This document shows positions 49,799 through 61,700 of a stretch of DNA of 64,000 nt, piece after piece. The translations under genes and the position numbers were made by a program. A model generated the notes under the pieces. It was not told the origin of the DNA. It made no database searches and worked only from the letters and a program-made list of their open reading frames with translations. Source of the stretch: Escherichia coli (GTDB taxonomy: Bacteria > Pseudomonadota > Gammaproteobacteria > Enterobacterales > Enterobacteriaceae). The DNA lies in the NCBI RefSeq assembly GCF_024700885.2, contig NZ_CP117016.1; one strand, written 5' to 3'. The first letter of the stretch is position 1. Each line of letters opens with the position of its first letter.

Positions 49799-52700
49799 AT
49801 GAGCCTGATTATTGATGTTATTTCGCGTAAAACATCCGTCAAACAAACGCTGATTAATCCTGGCGACGTCACGGTTGTTATTTATGAGCCTTCCGTGGTG
49901 CAGGTTCATGCTCAGGCCTCTGCCGTTTCGCGTTACGTCCGTGAAGGAAATGACCTGCTGATCTATATGCAGGACGGCACGGTGATCCGTTGCAACGGTT
50001 ATTTCCTGCAAGCGGCGAATACCGCTGAACAATCGGAACTGGTGTTTGCCGATGGGCAACAGCTAACCCATGTCACCTTTGCCGATACTGCTGCGGGTGG
50101 TTTAGCCCCCGTAGAACTGACTGCCCAGACCACTGCGATTGAAAGCATTGCGCCATTTCTTGATACCGTTGCTCAGACCAGCGCCTTCCCGTGGGGTTGG
50201 CTGGCGGGGGCGGCGGTAGGTGGTGGTGCGCTTGGTGCACTGCTGGCAAGCGGTGGTGATGGCGACTCGAAAACGGAAGTGATTAATAACCCTACGCCAC
50301 CCGCTGAGCCTGGCAACGCCACACCATCATTTTTAGTTACCGATAATCAGGGCGATCAGCGCGGCATTCTCGCCACCAATGACATCACCGATGACACCAC
50401 GCCAACCTTTAGCGGCAGCGGGCAGGCGGGGGCGACTATTCAGATTAAAGACAGTAACGGCAATACTATTGCCAGTACTCAGGTAGACAACAACGGTCAC
50501 TGGAGTGTCTCGTTACCCACGCAAAGTGCAGGTGAACATACCTGGTCAGTGGTGCAAATTGTCGGCAGTACCATCACTGACGCCGGTTCGATAACGTTAA
50601 CCATCGACAATAGTCAGGCCAGCGTGCAGGTTGCCACCACCGCAGGCGATAACATTATTAACGCCAGCGAACAGGCCGCCGGGTTTACGCTTTCTGGTAC
50701 CAGTAGCCATCTGGCGCAGGGAACAGAACTCACCGTTACGCTAAACGGCAAAACCTACACCACCAGCGTAGGCGCTAACGGTGCCTGGAGCGTGCAGGTA
50801 CCGACCGCCGATGCGCAGGCGTTAGGCGAAGGGAATCAGGCAGTGCTGGTCAGCGGGAAAGACGCCACAGGCAATACGGTCACCGGCGCGCAGCTTTTAA
50901 CGGTCGATACCCAACCGCCAACGCTTGCCATCAACACTATCGCTCAGGACAACATCGTCAGTGCTGCGGAACATAACGCCGCGCTGGTACTGAGCGGCAC
51001 TTCGAATGCAGAAGCGGGGCAAACCGTAACCCTGACCGTCAACGGGAAAAGCCATTCAGTAACCGTCGGTAGCGATGGAACCTGGCAAGTGACGCTGCCT
51101 GCCACGGAGGTACAGGCACTGGCGGAGGGGAACTACGCTGTCAATGCCAGTGTCAGCGATCGGGCAGGAAACACCACCAGCAACAGCGCGAATTTCACGG
51201 TAGACACCTCAGCACCCGTGGTCAGCGTTAACACCGTGGCGGGCGACGATATTCTTAATAATGCTGAGCAGGCCGTCGCGCAGATCATCTCCGGACAAGT
51301 CAGCGGTGCTTCTCCTGGCGATACGGTAACGGTGAAATTGGGCACTCATGTCCTGACGGGCATTGTGCTGGCAGATGGCAGCTGGAATGTGGCGCTGGAC
51401 CCAGCGGTAACCCGCACGCTGGATCGCGGAGCCAATACGATTTTCGTCACCGTGACAGATACTGCAGGAAATACCGGCGCGGCGTCTCGAGCAATCACGC
51501 TGGTCGGTGTCTCTCCGTTAATCACCATTAACACCGTCTCCGGCGATGACATTATCAGTGGCGCAGAAAAAGGTGCGCCACTGACCCTTACCGGTAGCAC
51601 TCAACAGGCCGAGACAGGACAAACCGTCACAGTAACCCTGGCTGGACAGAGTTTTACTACTACCGTGCAGGCTGATGGCTCCTGGAGTCTGACGGTACCT
51701 GCCGCCGCGATGGGAAATCTGCCTGACGGCGCGGTGGCGATTACCGCTTCTGTGACGGATCTCAGCGGCAATACCGGCAACACCTCTCGCACCATTACCG
51801 TCGACAGCCAGGCCCCGGCCTTAAGCATCGATCCACTGACCGCCGATAACATCATCAACGCCACCGAAAGCGGGCAGGATCTGCAAATCACCGGCACCAC
51901 CGACGCTCAGCCAGGGCAGACGGTGACCGTTACGTTGAATGGGCAGACCTATCAGGGCGTCGTGCAGTCCGACGGCACCTGGAGCGTGACCGTTCCCGCC
52001 GCCAACGTTGGCGCACTGGCTGACGGCAACGCTACGGTCACCGCCAGCGTGAACGATGTTGCCGGTAATCCGAGCAGCGTCTCACGCGTGGCGCTGGTCG
52101 ATGCCACGCCGCCGGTGGTAACCATTAATCCGGTGGCGACCGATAACGTCATCAACACGCCGGAACACACCCAGGCGCAAATCATCAGCGGCACGGTTAC
52201 TGGCGCTCAGGCGGGCGATATCGTCACCGTGACGCTGAATAATGTGGATTACACCACGGTGGTGGATGGTTCCGGCAACTGGAGTCTGGGTGTTCCGGCT
52301 TCCGTTGTCAGCGGACTGGTGGATGGCAGTTATCCGATCAACGTGTCAGTGACTGACCGCGCCGGAAACACGGGCAGCCAGTCACTGACTGTCACGGTCA
52401 ATACCGCCGCGCCAGTAATTGGTATTAACACCATTGCTGGCGATGATGTGATAAACGCCAGCGAAAAAGGGGCTGATGTCCAGATTACCGGTACCAGCGA
52501 TCAGCCAGCCAATACCGCCATCACCGTGACGCTGAACGGGCAAAATTACACCACCACGACCGACGCCTCCGGCAACTGGAGCGTCACCGTTCCGGCATCG
52601 GCGGTAACCGCACTGGGCCAGGCCAACTACACGGTAACGGCGGCGGTGACGAGTAATATCGGCAACAGCGCCACCGCCAGCCATAACGTGCTGGTTGACA

Positions 52701-55700
52701 GCGCGCTGCCCGGCGTGACCATTAACCCGGTGGCAACCGACGATATTATTAACGCCGCCGAAGCGGGCGTCGCGCAAACCATCAGCGGGCAGGTGACTGG
52801 AGCCGCCGTTGGCGACGCGGTAACCGTTACGCTGGGTGGCAATACCTACACCACCACCGTACAGCCGGGATTAAGCTGGAGCGTGAGCATTCCGGCGGAC
52901 GCTATTCAGGCGCTGGGTAATGGCGATTTAACGGTGAGCGCCTCGGTCACCAATCAAAACGGCAACACCGGCAGCGGCACGCGGGATATCACCATCGACG
53001 CCAATCTGCCCGGTCTGCGGGTCGATACGGTGGCAGGCGATGATGTGGTCAATATCATCGAGCACGGGCAGGCGCTGGTGGTCAGCGGCAGCAGCTCGGG
53101 GCTGGCTGAAGGCACGCCGCTTACCGTTACGATTAACAATGTGGAATACACCACTGCGGTGCAGGCCGATGGTAGCTGGAGCGTGGGCGTCACGGCGGCG
53201 CAGGTTAGCGCCTGGCCTGCGGGAACAGTAACGGTTACCGTGTCCGGGGAAAGTAGCGCCGAAAATCCGGTGAGCATTACGCATCCGGTTATGGTCGATC
53301 TCACTCCGGCGGCGATCACCATCAACACCATCGCCACGGATGATGTGATTAACGCCACAGAAAAAGGCGCTGATTTAACCCTTTCCGGCACCACCACTAA
53401 CGTAGAATCCGGTCAAACCGTCACCGTCACCTTTGGCGGGAAAAATTACACTGCCAGCGTGGCGAGCGATGGTAGCTGGGCTGCCACCGTTCCCGCCGCC
53501 GATCTGGCAGCATTACCAGAGGGCAGCGCCTCCGCGCAGGCCAGCGTCAGCAATATTAACGGCAATAGCGCCTCGGCGGTGCATAACTACAGCGTCGACA
53601 GCAGTGTCCCGACCATCATTATCAATACCGTTGCCAGCGACAATATCGTCAACGCCAGCGAAGCCGATGCGGGTGTGACGGTGAGCGGCAGCACCACTGC
53701 CGAGGCAGGGCAGATTGTTACGATAACGCTCAATAGCCCGACCGTGCAGACGTATCAGGCAACGGTACAGGCCGACGGTAGCTGGAGTATTAATATTCCG
53801 GCGGCAGATCTTGAGGCATTGACCGATGGCAGCCACACCCTGACCGCCACGGTCAATGACAAAGCAGGCAACCCGGCGAGCACCACGCATAATCTGGCGG
53901 TGGATCTCACCGTTCCGGTACTCACCATCAACACCATTGCGGGCGACGATATTATTAACGCCGCCGAACACGGGCAGGCGCTGGTGATTTCCGGTTCCAG
54001 CACTGGCGGAGAAGCGGGGGATGTCGTCACCGTCACGCTAAACAGTAAAACCTACACCACGACGCTGGATGCCTCCGGCAACTGGAGCGTCGGCGTTCCG
54101 GCGGCGGATGTCACGGCGCTGGGCAGCGGCCCGCAAACTGTCACCGCCAGCATTACCGACGCGGCAGGCAATAGCGATGATGCCAGCCGCACGGTTACAG
54201 TGAATCTGACCGCGCCGACCATTGGCATTAACACCATCGCCACCGATGACGTGATTAACGCCATCGAAAAAGGCGCGGATCTGCAAATTTCCGGCACCAG
54301 TAATCAGCCAGCTGGCACCACAATTACGCTGACGCTGAACGGGCAAAATTACACTGCCACGACGGACGCCGCAGGCAACTGGAGCACCACGGTGCCAGCC
54401 TCCGCCGTCAGTGCGCTGGGCGAAGCCAGTTATACGGTGACGGCGAATGTCACCGACAGCGCGGGTAACAGTAATTCCGCCAGCCATAACGTGCAGGTGA
54501 ATACCGCACTGCCTGGCGTCACCCTTAATCCGGTGGCGAGCGACGACATTATTAACGCCGCCGAATCGGGCGTGGCGCAGACCATCAGCGGGCAGGTGAC
54601 GGGCGCGGCGGCGGGCGATACGGTTACCGTAACGCTTGGCGGGAAAACCTACACCACTACCGTGCAGGGCAATTTAAGCTGGAGCGTGGGCGTTCCGGCG
54701 GCGGATATTCAGGCCATCGGCAATGGCGACCTGACAGTTAATGCCTCGGTGACCAACGGCGTTGGTAATACCGGCAGCGGTTCGCGAGATATTACTATCG
54801 ACGCTAATTTGCCTGGCCTGCGCGTCGATACCGTGGCGGGCGATGATGTGGTCAACAGCATCGAGCACGGTCAGGCACTGGTGATAACCGGTAGCAGCAG
54901 CGGGCTGGCGGCGGGCGCGGCGCTGACGGTGGTGATCAATAACGTCACCTACGGCGCGACGGTATTAGCCGATGGTACATGGAGCCTTGGCGTTCCAGCG
55001 GCAGATGTGGGCAACTGGCCTGCGGGTACGGTGAATATCACGGTTTCAGGTGCCACTAGCGCAGGAAACCCGGTCACTATCACCCATCCGGTCACCGTCG
55101 ATCTGGCGGCGGTGGCGATCTCCATTAACACCGTTTCCGGCGACGATGTGATTAACGCCGCCGAAAAAGGGGCAGATTTAACCCTTTCCGGCAGCACTTC
55201 CGGCGTGGAAGCGGGACAAACCGTCACCGTCACCTTTGGCGGTAAAACCTACACCGCCACCGTAGCGGGCGATGGTAGCTGGACAACCACCGTACCCGCC
55301 GCCGATCTCAGCGCGTTACGCGACGGCGACGCCACGGTACAGGCCAGCGTCAGCAATATTAACGGCAACACGGCTTCGGCGACCCACGCCTACAGCGTCG
55401 ATGCCACGGCACCGACGCTTGCCATTAACACCATCGCCACTGACGATATTCTGAACGCCGCCGAGGCGGGCAATCCGCTAACCATCAGCGGCAGTAGCAC
55501 CGCCGAAGCGGGGCAGACGGTAACTGTCACGCTTAATGGCGTGACTTACACCGGCACCGTCCTGGCGGACGGGAGCTGGAGCGTCAGCGTGCCGACGGCG
55601 GATCTCAGCAATCTGACCGCCAGCCAGTACACGGTCAGCGCCTCGGTAAGCGATAAAGCGGGTAACCCGGCAACCGCCACTCATGGGCTGGCGGTGGATC

Positions 55701-58700
55701 TCACCGTTCCCGTATTAACCATCAACACCGTCTCCGGCGATGACATTATTAACGCCGCCGAACACGGGCAGGCGCTGGTAATCTCCGGTTCCAGCGCTGG
55801 CGGCGAAGCGGGCGATGTCATCACCGTTACGTTAAACAGTAAAACCTATACCACCACGCTGGACGCTTCCGGCAACTGGAGCGTCGGCGTTCCGCTGTCA
55901 GATGTCACTGCGCTGGGCAGCGGCCCGCAAACCATCACAGCTACCATTACCGACGCGGCAGGCAACAGCGATGATGCCAGCCGCACGGTCACCGTGAATC
56001 TCACCGCGCCAACCATTGGTATCAACACTATCGCCAGCGATGACGTGATTAACGCCACGGAAAAAGGCGCGGATCTGCAAATTACCGGCACCAGTAATCA
56101 ACCCGCAGGCACCACAATAACGGTGACGCTGAACGGGCAAAATTACACCGCGACGACCGATTCCTCCGGCAACTGGAGCGCCACGGTGCCTGCCTCGGCA
56201 GTTAGCGCGCTGGGTGAGGCCAATTACACGGTAACCGCCGCCGCTACTGACGCCGATGGCAACAGCGGTTCCGCCAGCCATAACGTACAGGTTAATACCG
56301 CGCTGCCTGGCGTCACCATTAACGTGGTGGCAACGGACGATATTATTAACGCTGCCGAAGCAGGGACAGATCAAACTATCAGCGGGCAGGTGACGGGGGC
56401 TACGGCAGGCGATACGGTGACCGTCACGCTCGGCGGGGCGACTTACACTGCCACGGTGCAGGCGAATTTAAGCTGGAGCGTCGATGTTCCGGCCTCCGCG
56501 CTACAGGCGTTGGGCAACGGTGAGCTGACCATTTCGGCTTCGGTAACGAACAGCGTAGGCAATACCGGTAACGGCACGCGTGAAATCACCATCGACGCGA
56601 ATCTGCCCGGTCTGCGGATTGACACCGTGGCGGGCGATGACGTGGTCAATATTATCGAGCACGGACAGGCGCTGGTGATTACCGGCAGCAGCTCCGATCT
56701 GGCAGCGGGCAGCAACGTCACGCTGACCATTAACGGGCAAACCTATGTTGCGGCGGTACTGGCGGATGGCTCATGGAGCGTCGGCGTTCCGGCGGCAGAT
56801 GTCAGCGCCTGGCCTGCGGGGACGGTCACAATTACGGCGAGCGGCAACACCACCGCCGGAAATCCGGTCAGCGTTACGCATCCGGTGACTGTCGATCTCA
56901 CTGCGGTGGCGGTCAGCATCAACGCCATTACTGCCGATGACGTGATTAACGCTGCCGAAAAAGGCGCGGCGTTAACGCTCTCTGGCAGCACTTCTGGTGT
57001 GGAGGCCGGGCAAACGGTCACCGTCACCTTTGGCGGCAAAACTTACAGCGCCACGGTGGCTGCGAATGGTTCCTGGAGCACCTCGGTTCCGGCGGCAGAT
57101 ATGGCGGCCCTGCGTGATGGCGATGCCAGCGCACAGGCCAGAGTCAGCAATGTTAACGGCAACAGCGCCACCACTACTCACGCTTACAGCGTCGATGCCA
57201 GCGCGCCAACGGTGGCCATTAACACTATTGCAGGCGACGATATTCTTAACGCCGCCGAAGCGGGTGCTGCGCTGACTATCACTGGCAGCAGCACGGCGGA
57301 AGCGGGGCAGACGGTGACCGTCACCCTCAATGGCGAAAACTATACTGGCACGGTTCAAACGGACGGTAGCTGGAGCGTCAGCGTACCGCCAGCCGACTTA
57401 AGCGCCCTGACCGCCAGCAACTACACCGTTAGTGCGGCGGTGAGCGACAAAGCCGGAAACCCGGCCTCGGTTAATCACAACCTGACGGTGGATACGTCTG
57501 TTCCGGTTGTCACCATCAACACGGTGGCGGGCGATGATGTGATCAACGCGACGGAACACGCCCAGGCGCAGATTATCAGCGGCTCCGCCACGGGTGCGGC
57601 AACCGGCAGCACCGTGACGGTGACTATCGGCAGCACCACCTTCACCACCGTGCTGGACGCCAGCGGTAACTGGAGCGTCGGCGTTCCGGCAAGCGTCGTC
57701 TCGGCGCTGGCGAACGGCACGGTGACCATTAACGCCAGCGTCACCGATGCCGCCGGAAACAGCGGCAGCGCCACGCATCAGGTGACGGTCAATACTGGCC
57801 TGCCGTCAATTACCTTTAACGCCATCAGCGGCGATAACGTCCTGAACGCCGATGAAAAAGGCCAGCCGTTGACCATTAGCGGTAGCAGTACGGGGCTGGC
57901 GACGGGCGCGCAGGTCACCGTCACGCTCAACGGTCATAACTACAGCGCCACCACCGACGCGGCGGGCAACTGGACCTTAACCGTGCCGGTGAGCGATCTG
58001 GCGGCTCTGGGTCAGGCCAACTATACCGTCAGCGCCAGTGCCACCAGTGCGGCGGGTAACACCGCCAGCAGCCAGGCGAATTTACTGGTCGATAGCGGCC
58101 TGCCGGGCGTTACCATCAACACCGTGGCGGGCGATGATATTATCAACGCCGCCGAAGCCGGGGCCGATCAAACCATCAGCGGGGTGGTGACTCGCGCCGC
58201 CGCTGGCGATACGGTCACCGTGACGCTGGGCGGCAACACTTACACAGCGCAGGTTCAGCCCGATTTAAGTTGGAGCGTCACCGTTCCGGCAGACGATTTA
58301 CAGGCGTTGGGCAATGGCGATTTGACCATTAACGCCTCGGTTACCAACGCGAATGGCAACACTGGCAGCGGCTCGCGGGATATCACCATTGATGCCAACC
58401 TGCCGGGTCTGCGCGTGGATACCGTGGCGGGCGATGATATCGTCAACAGTATCGAGCACGGGCAGGCGCTGGTGATCACCGGCGGCAGTAGCGGCCTGAA
58501 TGCAGGTGCTGTGCTGACGGTTACCATCAACAGTGTGGCGTATTCCACCACGGTACAGGCGGACGGGAGCTGGAGCGTTGGCATTCCGGCGGCAAACGTC
58601 AGCGCCTGGCCTGCGGGGCCGTTAACCGTTGAAGTTACAGGACAGAGCAGCGCCGGAAACCCAGTCAGCGTCAGCCATCCGTTCACCGTCGATTTAACGG

Positions 58701-61700
58701 CGGTGGCAATCAGCATCAACACCGTTGCCAGCGATGACGTAATTAACGCCGCCGAAAAAGGCACTGGTCTGACCCTTTCCGGCAGCACCAGCGGGATTGA
58801 AAGCGGGCAAACCGTTACCGTCACTTTTGGCGGTAAAACCTACACTGCAAGCGTCGCCGCCAACGGTAGCTGGAGTGTGAACGTTCCAGCGGCAGATCTG
58901 GCAACTCTGCCAGACGGCGCGGCGAACGTGCAGGCTAGTGTCAGCAGCGCGAGCGGTAACAGTGCCTCGGCGACCCATGCGTATAGCGTTGACGCCAGCG
59001 CACCGACGCTCACCATTAACACCATTGCCAGCGACGATATTCTTAACGCCACGGAGGCGGGAAGCCCGCTCACCATCAGCGGCACCAGCACCGCCGAAAC
59101 CGGGCAGACGGTCACCGTGACCCTTAACGGCGCAACCTACACCGGCAATGTGCAGGCGGACGGTAGCTGGAGCGTCAGCGTTCCCACTTCAGCCCTGGGC
59201 GTGCTAAGTGCAAGCAATTACACCGTCAGCGCCACGGTCAACGACAAAGCGGGCAACCCCGGCAGCGCCAGCCATAATCTGGCGGTAGACACCACCGCGC
59301 CGGTTCTCACCATTAACACCGTGGCGGGCGATGACATCATCAACGACGCCGAACACGGGCAGGCGCTGGTGATTTCTGGCACCAGCACGGGCGGGGAAGC
59401 GGGCGATGTGGTGAGCGTTGTGCTCAACGGCAAAACCTACACCACCACCCTGGATGCCTCCGGCAACTGGAGCGTTGGCGTTCCGGCGGCGGATGTTACG
59501 GCACTGGGTAGCGGCGCACAGACCATCACCGCCAGCGTCAGCGATCGGGCGGGTAACAGCGATGACGCCAGCCGCACCGTGACCGTCAGCCTCAGCGCGC
59601 CAGTGATTAGCATCAACACCATCGCGGGCGATGATGTGATCAACGCGACGGAAAAAGGATCTGATCTGGCGCTTTCCGGCACCAGCGATCAGCCTGCGGG
59701 TACGGCGATCACCGTCACCCTGAACGGACAAAACTACAGCGCCACTACCGACGCCTCCGGCAACTGGAGCGTCACCGTGCCCGCCTCGGCGGTCAGTGCG
59801 CTGGGCGAAGCCACCTACAGCGTCACGGCGAGCGTTACCAATGCTCAGGGTAACAGCAGCACCGCCAGCCATAACGTGCAGGTCAATACCGCGCTGCCGG
59901 GCGTCACCATTAATCCGGTGGCGACGGACGATATTATCAACGCTTCAGAGGCGGGCAGCGCGCAAACTATCAGCGGCCAGGTAACCGGTGCGGCGGCGGG
60001 TAGCATCGTCACCGTTGAACTGGGCGGTAAAACTTACACCGCCACCGTCCAGCCAGATTTAAGCTGGAATGTGAGCGTACCAGCCGCCGACTGGCAGGCG
60101 TTAGGTAATGGTGAGTTAACGGTTAATGCCTCGGTAACCAACGCCGTTGGCAACACCGGTAGCGGCACGCGCGATATCACCATCGACGCCAGTCTGCCTG
60201 GCCTGCGGGTGGATACCGTTGCAGGCGATGATGTGGTCAATATCATCGAACATGCTCAGGCGCAGGTGATTACTGGCACCAGCTCTGGCTTTGCGGCGGG
60301 CACGGCGCTGACGGTGGTGATAAATAACCAAACTTATGCCGCCACGGTGCTGGCGAATGGTACCTGGAGCGTCGGCGTACCGGCGGCGGATGTCAGTAAC
60401 TGGCCTGCGGGAACGCTGAACATTACCGTTAGCGGCGCGAACAGTGCCGGAACGCAAACCAGCATTACCCATCCGCTGACAGTTGATCTCAGCACTGTCG
60501 CCGTCAGCATAAACAGCATCACCAGCGATGATGTGATTAACGCCGCCGAAAAAGGCGCGGCATTAACGCTCTCCGGCAGCACGTCCGGCGTCGAAGCGGG
60601 GCAAGCCGTTACCATTACTTTTGGCGGTAAAACCTACACCACCACGGTGGCGGCAAACGGTAGCTGGAGCACCACCGTTCCGGCGGCGGATATGGCGGCC
60701 CTGCGTGACGGCGATGCCAGCGCCCAGGTGCGGGTGACTAACGTCAACGGCAACAGCGCCACGGCAACGCATGAATACAGCGTCGATAGCGCCGCGCCAA
60801 CGGTGACCATCAATACCATTGCCAGTGATAACATCATCAACGCCAGCGAAGCGGCGGCGGGCGTGACGGTATCCGGCACCAGCACGGCGGAGGCAGGGCA
60901 GACGCTGACCGTCACGCTTAATGGCACTAACTACCAGACCACGGTGCAGGCAGACGGCAGCTGGAGTTTAACGCTGCCCGCCAGCGACTTAACCGCACTT
61001 GCCAATAACGGCTACACCCTGACCGCCACGGTCAGCGATTTGGCGGGTAACCCTGGCAGCGCCAGCAAAGGTGTGACCGTCGATACCACCGCGCCCGTCA
61101 TCAGCTTTAACACCGTGGCGGGCGACGATGTGATTAACAACGTTGAACACACTCAGGCGCAGATTATCAGCGGCACCGCCTCGGGCGCGGTGGCGGGCGA
61201 CCGCCTGGTGGTGACCATCGCCGGGCAGCAGTATGTCACCAGCACCGATGCCAGCGGCAACTGGAGCGTTGGCGTGCCTGCCAGCGTGATTTCCGGCCTT
61301 GCGGACGGCACAGTGACTATCAGCGCCACTGTCACCGATAGCGCAGGCAACAGCAGCACGCAGACGCACAACGTGCAGGTGAACACGGCGGCAGTGTCGC
61401 TCTCGGTCAGCACCATCAGCGGCGATAACCTTATTAACGCCGCCGAAGCAGGCAGTGCGCTGACCCTGAGCGGCACCGGAACGAACTTTGCCGCAGGTAC
61501 AGTAGTGACCGTGTTGCTTAACGGCAAAGGCTACAGCGCTACCATTCAGAGCAACGGGAGCTGGAGCGTGAACGTGCCGGCGGCAGACGTTGCGGCGCTT
61601 GCCGATGGCACCAGCTACACGGTCAGCGCTTCCGCCCAGGACAGCGCCGGAAACAGCGCCACGGCTTCGCGCAGTGTGGCGGTGGATCTCACCGCGCCGA

